In this document: one piece after another, positions 25,649-36,661 of the stretch
How the letters are laid out: every line of letters starts with the position of its first letter
Position numbering within the stretch: position 1 is the stretch's first letter
Assembly: GCA_046563655.1 (NCBI GenBank)
Contig: CM102286.1
Coordinates: 10,416,001 to 10,480,000 of the forward strand
Origin: Yuukianura sp. NJ FZ-2021
Taxonomy: Eukaryota
Direction of reading: 5' to 3'
Length of the DNA: 64,000 bases
Notes under the pieces: model-generated
Told to the model about the DNA's origin: nothing
What the model saw: only the letters and a program-made list of their open reading frames with translations
Database searches by the model: none
Made by a program: the position numbers and the translations under genes

Positions 25649-27033
25649 ATGGCGCAAAAATACATTCTTGTTCACGAAGACGACTACAACAGTCTACTGG
25701 ATCAGCTTGAGACATATGAGTCTCAGCAAAACAGCCCTTGCAAAAGTTATTTTGGAGAAAAGCAAATCCATGATGGTTTTTTGCCTGATACTAAACCCGT
25801 ACAATACTTACAGCAACATACAATGAACATGTCTCAGAACCGTGGACCAATGGAGCTTCATGAGCGTAATTCGCGAGATTCTGGGAACAACATTCCAATC
25901 GAACTTCAGAATCATATGATGCAAACGGAATTACGCCAGAACTGGGAAAATCAACGGAAGCAAAGGGAAGGCTACGTCAATGTGAACGTTGTAAACGATA
26001 GGCGGTTGAATGATATGTCTACAAGTCACTTTACCGGATGGGATGGTGGACCGGAAAAGTCAGCCAGAAAAACCGAAGACAGATATGACCGAATTACGAC
26101 CTGGTCAGAAAATCCAACGAATGGTTGGTCAAATACTGTGGTAAAGCCGAATGACGCGCTCGAGATACCATTTTCCAAGAGATTTAAAAAAGAATCGCAA
26201 ATAGCGAAAGATGAAACGCCGACAGCGGCACCGACAACTCCACCGTTTACTCTGGACCAGTTTTCAGCTGTTGGAAAACAGCTAGCACAATTTTTTGTAG
26301 CAAATGGTGCAACCTTTGCGAACAATAGCGTTAGTCTGGGTGATGCCAACATACCCAGGAGCGAGTTCGAGGAGGGAATACGAAAACTTGCGGATGGAAG
26401 ATATAAGTTGACAAGACAAATGATTCCTGTCATCGTAGACTTTATGATTCAGACAGGCATTCCAAAATATCTGCTTCCGATCAGCCACCGAGGCTTGCTC
26501 GGTGGAGATGAAGCTAAAAAGCTTTCTAGAAATCGCCCGCACGTGGAAAGTGATGTAGAAAATGAAGAAGAAGATGATGACGAGGAAGACGTGGGGGATG
26601 AAGAAGTAGAAGAAGAAGTAGAAGAAGAGGAGGAAAACGAGGAAGACGAAAGGGATGAAGAAGGGGGAGAAGAGTATAGACAAACTGGAGGAGCTAAACC
26701 ATCACCAGGTCCCATACGACATTATCAATTTCTCCACCAGATGAACCAACACTCCCCTATTATACGCGAGACACTTCTCTCCACAGCGTCTCCTGGTCAA
26801 ATTCTGGGGTTACACAAATGTGTTCAGGACGTAATCCAGGGCAACATTCCTATTGAGGCCACCGTCAAAAATATCTTGAGACCGCATCGATATAAGATTA
26901 AACGTGTTGCAGAAGCTAAAGGATCGATTGAAGACAAGAAAAACTACTTATACAGCACGGCGGGTTCCTGCCAGCTCTTCTCGCTGCCGCATTACCAATA
27001 CTTGGAGAGTTTCTCACTAGCGTAATTTCGTAG
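25649..27033 (+). CDS. Putative Maverick virion-core/accessory polyprotein
   Basis: ATG at 25649 (MAQKYILV); acidic tract; LLGG and QTGG motifs; a ...CVQDVIQGNIPI...ILRPHRYKIKRVA... domain. The -1 frame after 26938-26944 gives KLLIQHGGFLPALLAAALPILGEFLTSVIS* (stop 27033). The unshifted ORF stops at 27025. Confidence 0.75.
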
Positions 27034-27081
27034 AATTATACACCTTTATGACTGTATATTCGTTAGATTCCGAATTTTCAA

Positions 27082-27127
27082 AATAAAAAACTTGAAAATA
27101 GAACTTTTATCGTGTAGTGTGTTTATT
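27082..27127. terminator. Opposed polyadenylation signals between the convergent genes
   Basis: AATAAA on + at 27082-27087 and on - at 27122-27127, within a ~100-bp intergenic gap. Confidence 0.55.
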
Positions 27128-27130
27128 CAT

Positions 27131-27946
27131 TCATTCATTAGCATAGATTCGACAATTTTCAGGAAATATATTATCTCTAATGCGAAACAAATCATTTTGT
27201 CGTTGAGTTAAATCGATGAATAGATATCCATATTGCTTTGACATGCATTCCTTGTAGGCTTCTTCCATGGTTGTATTCTTCTTTCCTCCATTCATTTGAC
27301 GTCCAAGACAAGCTACAAATTGAGAGTCTCGCGGATTCTTCATTAGAGCAATGTAGTGACAGTTTGACGTGATTTCTTTCATATTCCTGTGAAAAAAGTT
27401 TTGCACAAGAATGATGAGTGATACGTTGCGGTGATGCGAAGTCCTTGTGAACGCAGCTCCAACTTCTCCGTTTTTGCCTGCTTCATGCATCAAATCGTCA
27501 AGGACGACGACTGACGGCTTGTCGGTTCCGTCATGCCATTTTTCAGGGAGCCCACGATGAAATTGTATAGTTGGAATCTTGGTCTTCAATTCTCCAAACA
27601 GCGTAGGCTGGAACTCAGTGTAGCAATACATGATACGTTCCAATGGCTCGTCAATATTAGTCTCGATAATTTCGTTTCGTCGTAGAAGTATTTGCTTTAC
27701 AAGGGTGCTTTTGCCGCTCTGAGTCATTCCACTGATGCACATAGTAAACGGTGCAAACAAATGCGGGTCAAACTTTTTCCCAGAGTGTACATGTCGAAAC
27801 ATAGTAGATTTTTCCCGCTGATTCATGCATACCTGAAGCATTTTCGATACTGCGACGCTACTATGACAAGTTAACTTGTGTCGTTTCAATGCGTCCCTTC
27901 GTGAGAATTGTCTGCAGCAAATATCGCACGCTGTACTGGTATCCAT
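27131..27946 (-). CDS. C2H2 zinc finger fused to an A32-like (FtsK/HerA superfamily) DNA-packaging ATPase of Polinton type
   Basis: CDICCRQFSRRDALKRHKLTCH finger; Walker A GMTQSGKS; Walker B VVVLDDLM; FTRTSHHRNVSLIILVQN; KNPRD; YGYLFIDL. Intact 271 aa. Confidence 0.92.
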   Translation of the reverse strand: MDTSTACDICCRQFSRRDALKRHKLTCHSSVAVSKMLQVCMNQREKSTMFRHVHSGKKFDPHLFAPFTMCISGMTQSGKSTLVKQILLRRNEIIETNIDEPLERIMYCYTEFQPTLFGELKTKIPTIQFHRGLPEKWHDGTDKPSVVVLDDLMHEAGKNGEVGAAFTRTSHHRNVSLIILVQNFFHRNMKEITSNCHYIALMKNPRDSQFVACLGRQMNGGKKNTTMEEAYKECMSKQYGYLFIDLTQRQNDLFRIRDNIFPENCRIYANE

Positions 27947-27964
27947 AATGTATAGTCCACAGAT

Positions 27965-29684
27965 TCTTCACGTCTTCACAGCTCAACGTCTGAAATGAAA
28001 CTGAGAGATGAGCAAGTCAACGTCGCTATTTATACTTTTGCATGGGTGGGCACGTTGGGGTTGTGGTGGTGGTGGTGGTGGTGGTGGTGATTGGATGTAA
28101 AATTGACAAAAAATGTTGTATTATGCAGTGAGGTTATTGTATTATACAACGTGACCATGGCATTATACAACGTGACCATGGTATTATACAACGTGGCCAT
28201 GGTATTATACAATGTGACCATGGTATTATACAACGTGACCATGGTATTGACGATGATCTGACTCTCGAAGGAAGGTTGCCTGCGGGAAATAATCCCGAGG
28301 AAGAACTCTGCAAGGTGTACTCACGGAGTAAGTTCCCGTGACATTGACAAAGTCTAGACTTTACTCTCGCAAACTCGCTATGTTGTACAGAATAAACTCG
28401 GCATTATGTAATGACGTTGTGGTATTATACAACTGGGCCATGGTAATATGCAGAGAGGCCATTGTATTATGCAGAGAGGCCATTGTATTATGCAGAGAGG
28501 CCATTGTATTATGTAGAGAGGCCATTGTATTATGCAGAGACGCCATTGTATTATGTAGAGAGGCCATTGTATTATGCAGTGAAGTTGTTATATATTACGT
28601 TAAAAATTCATGCGAATTGAGGGCTGGCGTCCAAGGGCTGGCGTCCAAGGGCTGGCGTCCAAGGGCTGGCGTCCAAGGGCTGGCTCACACGGCCCAAAGG
28701 CTCCCCCAGGACTGGGCTTGATAAATCCAACGCTGTAGCCATGAGGTGTTCAAGCGTTTCAGCTTGAATACTTTGTACTCTGTAGCCATCTTTTAAAATA
28801 TTGGGGGATCTGGAAAGTTGGACAGCGGTCTTGATACTGGAGAACTTCTGGAGACTTTGATTAGCAAATTCTGAAGTTTTCACGGCGGCCGGGAACGTGG
28901 CGTAGTGTATGCGAGTTCAAAAATAGATTCCGGAAGCGTCGTAGTCAGTTACAGACGGCTACATACGGTTTCATACGGTTAGAGACAGCTTTCAATAATT
29001 TTGAACAACAAAGGGATTAGCGTAGGCGGCCATTTTCATAAGTTATTTAGCGAATTTGTTAGGTTGATCAGTGGATTTCTCAGGGTAATCGTTGAATTTG
29101 TCAGGTTAAACGGTGAATTTGCTGGGATAAACGATGAATATTTAGATTCATCAGTGTACTCGTTGTTGACATTTTTGTTGTTGATATTTTTGATGTTGAT
29201 ATTTTTGTCAATGTTTCGTCGTTGGAGACTTTTTAGATTTTGAGGGTTTCCCCTCCCCAATTCCATCTTTTGAGAATGGCTATGGAGTAGGAATGTTGTA
29301 ATTTCCACTACTAAGTTCAGAACTGACGATTTCTAGAATCAGAGCTCGCTGTTTAAGTAGCCATCGAAACAATGGTTGAATGCTATTTTAAAATATTTTC
29401 AAAAAACGTTTTTTCTTGTGACAAGTTGTTTTGAAAAGAACTTTTCGAATTTTCTATGAAAAATTCCAATACTTCAATACTTGTGTTTTGACTTTTTTGT
29501 TGTCGACCTTATTGATGTCGGCCTTTCTTGTTGTTGGCATTTTTGACTTTTTGTCATTTTATATGTTGAGATTTTGTGATTATGTATTTTTTGAGGGGTT
29601 TTCCCCTCCCCAATATTGCGCCCGACTAGCCCCCGCGGCTGAGCTAAAAATAAATGGCCGTAAGATCCGATCCTACACCCTACT
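27965..29684 (-). repeat. Right TIR (1720 bp)
   Basis: Inverted copy of 23894-25616. Confidence 0.97.
27969..28034 (-). promoter_or_regulatory. Mirror-image TATA-Inr-DPE promoter upstream of the ATPase
   Basis: TATA at 28034-28027; Inr A+1 = 28002; DPE at 27975-27971; ATG at 27946. Confidence 0.8.
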
Positions 29685-30876
29685 ACTACAACAGAGCAGT
29701 GGTACTCTACCGGTTTGTATGCTCCGCCTGGCGAAGAAATTTCTGCTAAATTTTCTCAGGCTCCTTACAAAAAATTTGTAATTCAAATTGGAACTCACCA
29801 GGACGACATTTCCAAAACACCGGAGTGGCAACGGTGTCCGGTAATTCTTGTTCGGAAGGATTTGCGTACCGGCGGCACGGAACTTCGAATACGGAATGCC
29901 TTTGGTGGGTTGATCTACTTGCATCAAACCGATACCGGAAAAAAACTAGAGTTGGTCGACCTCACCATTTCAGGGGCCATTTTGGCACCATATTTTGTTT
30001 TGGGCAAAACAACGTTAGATGAGTGGCACCAAATTAAAAATTATGGAACTCTTTGCCCATGGGGAGAACTTGAGACGAAAAAACTCGTTTTAACTCTTCC
30101 TGGCTCACGATTGGCTGAATTGGAAAATCCAATTGAACTTATGGAGTATTGGGATCAAGTGATGGATGCCCAAGCAGATTTGGCGGCAATTCCAAGAAAC
30201 CGACCATACCCAGAACGGCTCTGCGCAGACGTTCAAATTTCTGCTGGTTACATGCACTCTGGGTATCCAATCATGATTCTTACCGATAAATCTGTTGCGA
30301 CTGCGTTGTCAGTGGCCGAATTGAAAGGTGAAGAAGGGTGGGGCTTCTACCACGAAATTGGACACAACCATCAAGTCAATACTTGGACATTTTATCTTGT
30401 CACGGAAATTACAAACAATATGTTTGCTTTGTATGTTTACGAAGAAGTGGTCGGAATAACGCCTGCCAAGGCACGCCCAGATAAATTTGAACCCAGTAAC
30501 ATAAGAAGTGCGATTGAAGCTTGTGCTGAGAGGGGTGCAGACTATGAATATTGGGCCAATGACCCCTGGTTGGGCTTGCTCTTCTACTACCAACTGAAAG
30601 TCAAGTATGGCTGGGACACTTACAAAAAAGTTTTCAAAAATTATCAAACTTTGGAGCCAAAACCAGATTCTGAACAAGACAAGGTGGATACTTGGTTGGT
30701 CCAATTTTCATTGGCGGCGGGAGAAAATTTGACGCCGATGTTCAAAGCCTGGGGAATTCCAGTTCGAGATGAAGCGGTGGCCAAAGTAATCCATTTGCCA
30801 CCGACTGACCAAAATCTCTTTTCACTCATTCACAATTAGTTGCCGGTTTGGCACTGCTAAACTTATATGCAATCCC

Positions 30877-31853
30877 CTGGGAGCATATTCTGGTAGAGGT
30901 CTTAAATCCTGCAAGCTTGCAGAGAAACTATCGGTCGGCTCTACCAGAGTCGGCTAATCCTTATTCATAAAACTTTGGGGAGAAACCTGGTAAGTTGGAG
31001 AAAACTTTCTCTAGACTTACTAGGTGGGTGGAGTTAGCAGAGCTCTACGCATGCATTCAAGCTCAACTCTGTTGACTGTGGATCATATGTTCTTGTTTGT
31101 TTTTGTTTCCACTTTTGTAATGTTATTGGTGAAGTGTCAGTTTTTAGTTAATTACAATACTTTGGATCATATTATAGAACCAAAAACCAATCAAAACAAG
31201 GGAGTACATTGAAAAAGGTAAAAACATATAGGAAAATCCAATTCAATTAGCCTTGACATATCATAACAATTCACATATCTTTTAACTTTGCAGTAATGGG
31301 TTCTACAAAGGAAACGTTGGTCGGATGGCGCGGATTTACAATTTTAGGGGTTCATGTGCATGCTGAACCCAATTTTCGTTTCTTGTCAAATAAAATGGTG
31401 ACATAATTCTTTAGCTTTACTATATGTATTATTTGTAGGGTTATTGGGCATGAACTAGCTAGTGAGAGGTCAGCATAGGGTTCAGTTATCGTTGCCGACA
31501 GTTATTTTGATGATTAGGTAGCATTTTGAAGTAAATTAAGTTAGTTTAGTTAATTAAAATCATCAGCTGTAGTTTCTGGTAAATAGTTAGGGGTGGGTCG
31601 AGGCACCCCTAACTTTACCAGCAAATTTAAGATACTAGGAGGGGGAGGAGCTCTTTATGAATACGAAAAGTGAAAGAGATGAGACCTCGTCTCACCTCTT
31701 TCAATGGAGAAAGAGAGGTGGCTGGTAGAAGATACCAGCCACTTACTAGGTCTCCTGCAAGCTGTTTTATGAATCGGAAAGCTGGCAAATTTTGAATTTA
31801 CCAGCCGGGAAAGATACTATCCGACTTACGACCCTACCAGAATATGCTCCCTG
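30877..31853. mobile_element. MITE-like element
   Basis: TIRs gggagcatattctggtag / ctaccagaatatgctccc. No TSD recognised. Confidence 0.55.
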
Positions 31854-32261
31854 GTACCTAACTTATTTAGAAAAAAAATATATTTTGAAAATTATAGATA
31901 GCACTCACTTTATAATTTGAATAAACTTGAAAAATTTTAGAGCGGAGCAAAATTTGAACCTAAGGCAGAGACTGCCAAAAATTTTTTTTTTAATAATTCT
32001 GCAATCGTTTTTTTTTTAATCGAATCGTCTGTTTGTAACATTAAATTTTCTGAAATAACAGTGTGTACCACAGTTCAAAAAAGAAATGTAGTCAAAATTT
32101 TGGAGTTTGCTGCAATTTTTTTTGCAAGCGTTTTTTGACAAAAAAAGTAATCTCGTTTGCTTCCGCAGTTTGTTTACTGTGAAATATTTTTAATACGTTT
32201 ATTAAGTAGTTCAAGACGTTTTATTAATTAGGTTAACAAATCCTTGGAATGCCAACCAGTC

Positions 32262-33720
32262 TCACATCGAACGGACGTTGAGTTGCCTTAAGGAAATTCG
32301 TTTTGAGTTGTTGAGAAGTTTGGATTTACGCGGCTGATATTCCTTGGATTTTGCATTTGGAAATAATACGTCCCATGGGTCTCCTGGTGGGGAACGATCA
32401 CAGTTGATTAAATTAAGGTGTTCAACAGTTTCAAAAATGCTTCCATCAAATAGACTCCATTGTTCAGTTTCTTCATCGTCCGCGTCACGGTAGCCCCTCA
32501 AGGTAAGGCTTTTAAGATTTGGAAATTGTACTGCCTTCAATTGACCCGATAGATAACGTTCGATTGGATTATCCCAATCGTACTCATCAAAATCCAGCTC
32601 CAGTATTTCCAGATTTGGGAGCGACGGAATTGTTTGTTCTGAACCACGCAGGAACAAATTCAATTTGTGAAGTGTATCGCCAACGTTTTTCAGCAAGGCT
32701 ACAACCAATTCTTTACTGATTTCCAAATCGAGGTACAGCGTATGCAGGCTCGGTAGTGGGCACTCGATTAACTTTTGAACTAGAAGAATATCTCCTTGTT
32801 TTAGATGAAGTTCGACAGCATCAAACTGTTGAAGCAATCGGAAGTATTCTTTTGCTTCGATCTCTGAAGTTACTTCAATACCAAAACCGGTTGTAAGAAC
32901 TTGAAGCGCCGGTGCATTTGAGATCCATGATGAAAATTGATTAAATTTGACTCTGCCAGGTCCATCGTGATCTGAATCTGTTGGTATCCATTCAATTTCT
33001 TGTGAGTACGGCATTACTGCAATATACTTCAGTTTAGGAAGATGGAAAGACGATTTCAACGCAATCGTTGTGGTCCCTTCCGAGTTTTGTCCATAAAGGC
33101 AAAGTTTTTCCAAATTCGGCGCCTGTTCTAGGATCACTTCCAGGACGTTGTCCAAATCACCTCCGAAGAAATGTTCCAGGTGAATTGCATAGTGTTTCAC
33201 AAATGGGCCAACCGTAGCTGCCATTTTCTTGAATGATGTCAGACATGGATGAACGTGTTGCTTGTCACTGCTGATCCAGCATTGGTACAAGTAAAATTCA
33301 TAAGCAGAAAATGGAAAATTGGTGTCCTGTAGTCTGTGTTCCATTGTTTCCAGGAATTTTTGGATTGATTCGTCGACTTCCTCTGCTTCATCGCTGCAGA
33401 CAACCTCAGTAAAAAACTTTACTGGAAGCCCTTTCTGGAAAATATGGTGACTGGTCATTTCATTCCAGGTTCTGCTAAGCGTACGCAATGGCAGAAGGTC
33501 CTTAGGGTCATCAACATAACCTAGCACCTTGAACAGCACCTAAAAGACAGGACAAATACTCCTCGTCATTCTTGATAAACCAACCAAACACGACATAAAA
33601 TAAAAAAAATAGACAAACTGGCGTCGTATTATCTGATCGACTCACCTCATTGGGTAGAAATGGATTGATGCTGTCAGCTGTTTCCTTGCATTTCACTTGT
33701 GAAGATTGTGATGAATTCAT
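32262..33720 (-). CDS. F-box/LRR-like protein
   Basis: Exon 1 ends ...NPFLPNE|gtgagt and splices to VLFKVLGYVDDPKDLLPLRTLSRTWN (F-box). LRR-like repeats PNLEKLCL, LPKLKYI, LPNLEILEL, FPNLKSLTL. Confidence 0.85.
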
Positions 33721-33870
33721 TTCCGAATGCCGATTGCGAAAAAATATTGTCGATTCTTCACCTACTTAAACGCAGTTATTGTTGTATGTTGAACATGTGC
33801 AACTTAATCGTCTATTACTTTGTTAATACGTTTGCGGTTGAAATGAAAATTGGAAAAGAGTTCTTAAATC

Positions 33871-34015
33871 ATATCAGGTGTTCCAGAATTAACGATTATC
33901 TTTTTGTGCACAAAACCCATAAGCTCCAAAAACTCCACAGTGTGAGATGAGAGATGAGATGGAGAAGTTACACAGAGAGAAAAAAGATAATCGTTAATTC
34001 TGGAACACCTGATAT
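33871..34015. repeat. Perfect 35-bp inverted repeat with 75-bp spacer (mini-MITE)
   Basis: atatcaggtgttccagaattaacgattatcttttt (33871-33905) and its reverse complement (33981-34015). Confidence 0.8.
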
Positions 34016-34246
34016 TTGCGTTTTTTTTTGTAGTAAATAATCCAAGGAGTTACTACTAGTAGTAAACTTTATCTCTTTCCTCTTCCCACAAAGTCGTTCG
34101 GAAAAAAGTGCTTTTTTTAAAGTCGATGCTTTGCTTTTTGCTTTAAATGGCTTCTTTTTTTCCAGCTTTTCATGCTTTAAATTCAAAAAGTTGCTGTAAG
34201 TACTGCTGCAAGGAATGCGGCCGAAATCGATTAACTTGGACTCAAC

Positions 34247-35858
34247 CGTAGCAGGTAATTTGGTCGGAATTATTTGGTCGGAATTGAAATGATCGGAGGT
34301 GAAATGGTCGGAAGTGAATTGGTCGAAAAGTGAAAACGTCGGAAGTGAAAAGATCGCATACTAAAATGATCGCATCATGAATTGGTCGAAAAGTGAATTG
34401 GTCGGAAAGTGAAATAGTCGCAACAAGAAAAGGTCGAATCAACAAAATGTCGAAAAGTCATTTTGGTCAGTGATTTGCATGAAATTTATTTTCCAGATTG
34501 ATTTCAGGGTGCTGAACTCGCATCTGCAATCAGATTTAGGCGGACTCCTCAAACAACGAAATGCCTTTAAAGGACACCTACGGGAATTGGTTGATTTTGG
34601 GCCCATTTCGCTTTCTCGCCGTGTAAATTACTGGGCCCAGGATTCATGTGTACTTTGATAACAAAATTGTACTTTTGAATTGCACAATTACCACCTGGGT
34701 TTTATAGTGCACAAAATCCACTTTTCAGGTTTTTACATTGCACAAATTCCACTTTTCGGGTTTTTAAAGTGCACATGTACCACCTTTCGGGTTTTCACAC
34801 TGCACATGTTCCACTTTTCGGGTTTTTTAAGTTGTACACTTAAACTTTTGTGTGGAGGACTGAACCATTTCACAGGTTTTCAGTTTTTGAAATGCACAAT
34901 TTCAAATTTTGCAATTTGTGAATGGTGCACTTGCTTACTTTTGTGTTTTTTATATTGTACAATTTCAAACTTGTCGGTTTTTGATGTTGTACAATTTCAA
35001 ACTATTGAGTTTTCAAGATGCACAATCGTCCACCTTTCGGTTTTTGTGCTGCACAAATTCCACTTTTGCGTTTTTTTGTGCTGCACAAATTCCACTTTTT
35101 CGTTTTTTTGTGCTGCACAAATTCCACTTTTGCGTTTTTCCTGCACAATTCCCGCAATTGGGTTTTGCTTACTGTACAACTCCAAACTTTTGCGTTTTTT
35201 CGTTGCGAAACTGTTAACTCTTACTGCAAACATCGCCCAAGAACACGGTTGCCGAAGCATTTTCCCTATTTTTGCAATTTTTTGAGCTTCAAATCCGCAA
35301 AAAGTTGCCGGAGTTGGACCCCAAGTTGGACCAGTATTTGAAATGACGTCATTTTGAAAATTTCACACAGTTTTCTAAAGGGTTTCATCTAGCTATCCTG
35401 AAAATTTCATCATGTCGTCATTTCAAATACACCCACTTTTGCCGGGGCCCAAAACACGCCGATAATCGAATCCCTTCTTTCCCGCGCCGAAGGCGCGGTT
35501 AGGTTTGGTTAAGTTGACAATAGTGATTAGATTTGTAAGTTAGATTAGGTTACTGAGCTTATATACGCTTTTCATGCAAATCGGAGGCAAGAAATTCAAA
35601 GAAAATCACTAAATTTTGAAATTCTGGATCACCTTCGACATTATTACTTTTCGACATTTTCATGATTCGATCTTTTCTTGTTACGACTATTTCACTTTCC
35701 GACCAATTCACTTTTCGACCAATTCATGTTGCGATCATTTCAGTATGCGATCTTTTCACTTCCGACGTTTTCACTTTCCGACCAATTCACTTCCGACCAT
35801 TTCACCTCCGATCATTTCAATTCCGACCAAATAATTCCGACCAAATTACATGGAATCG
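34247..35858 (-). mobile_element. Foldback-like element, same end family as 20022-20863, opposite orientation
   Basis: ~200-bp inverted arms of 15-bp ggtcggaa subrepeats; ends cgtagcaggtaatttgg ... ccaaattacatggaatcg; TSD actcaac (34240-34246 / 35859-35865); internal ~24-bp tandem array at 34660-35200. Confidence 0.8.
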
Positions 35859-36661
35859 ACTCAACGTATTGTAGTACGTAAAAATAATACCAAACTTTTA
35901 AAACGCCTCGCAACACCACCAAGTATACAGGTTATGAGTAACACATATTTTTCCAAAATATTGTCATCCATAAAGAATTTTTTGTGAAGAAGTGGAATTG
36001 AAGTGGAGGTGTTTCAACTTAAAACTAATTTTTTTGGTGGGGACTCTTGAAAAGAAATGTTTTTTTTTTCTTTGCGTTTTCACTTTTTGTTGTATTACAA
36101 TTTTCAAGTATTTTCTCTAAAAATAATTTTAATACATAATTCAACAATTTTGCGCTGCAGAGTTAGGTTTTCGCTTTCTTTTCGCTCGCTAGACTTAATA
36201 TGGAGATTAGTAATTGGTCGTCCTTAATTTTGGCACACATTGTTCCTGCCAGAATTTGCCCGAAGTCACTATAGCGTTAACGACAGAAAATGACGACGCA
36301 TCCTTCGCGCCCTGCGCACATTCACAAAAACGGAGTTGAGTTAACGTTTATAAAAGCGAGGAAGCAGCAATGGACTCTGTCTGTCGTCTTCTAATCCTTT
36401 CAGAAGGTGGGTTGCATTGAATGAAGAAAGTGGACGCGTAGAGCTGTGAATCGTGTCACCATCACAAAACCCAACTGATCACCATCTTTGTCAACTTTTG
36501 TGATAATTCCAAACCATGAAGCAGAGGTAGACCAGAACTCGGGCAGGCCTTGGTTCAATTCTTTTTTTGTGCTAGTGTAGCTTATCGCCGAACGGATAGC
36601 CACAAAAAACGTTTCGTTGTTCCTCCAAATCACGCTGAAGTGAATTTCTCAATTTGGTGAC

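Larger units (their letters stand above)
23894..29684. mobile_element. Miniature non-autonomous Maverick/Polinton-like element (5.8 kb; two ~1.72-kb TIRs; two genes)
   Basis: AGTAGGGTGTAGG...CCTACACCCTACT termini; TSD ACTAC (23889-23893 / 29685-29689); Polinton-type packaging ATPase; host frame restored on removal. Confidence 0.9.
21438..30839 (+). pseudogene. TCAF/FAM115-like M60-family (enhancin-like) metallopeptidase gene, disrupted by the Maverick-like insertion
   Basis: Duplicated N-terminal module (GEGRVVGFGH; GNGRITAFGH); introns at ~22005-22078 and ~22899-23399; WYSTGLYAPPG restored across the insertion; DVQISAGYMHSGYP; WGFYHEIGHN...EITNN zinc motif. About 4 frameshifts in the 5' part. 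Confidence 0.88.

Noticed and set aside
23894..29684. Autonomous Maverick or bacterial/phage contamination
   Set aside because: No PolB, integrase or capsid ORF fits in the 2.3-kb core. The element is integrated with a TSD in an intron-containing host gene and has Pol II promoter motifs.
34680..35341. Cys/Phe-rich ORFs
   Set aside because: They arise from a ~24-bp tandem repeat inside the foldback element.
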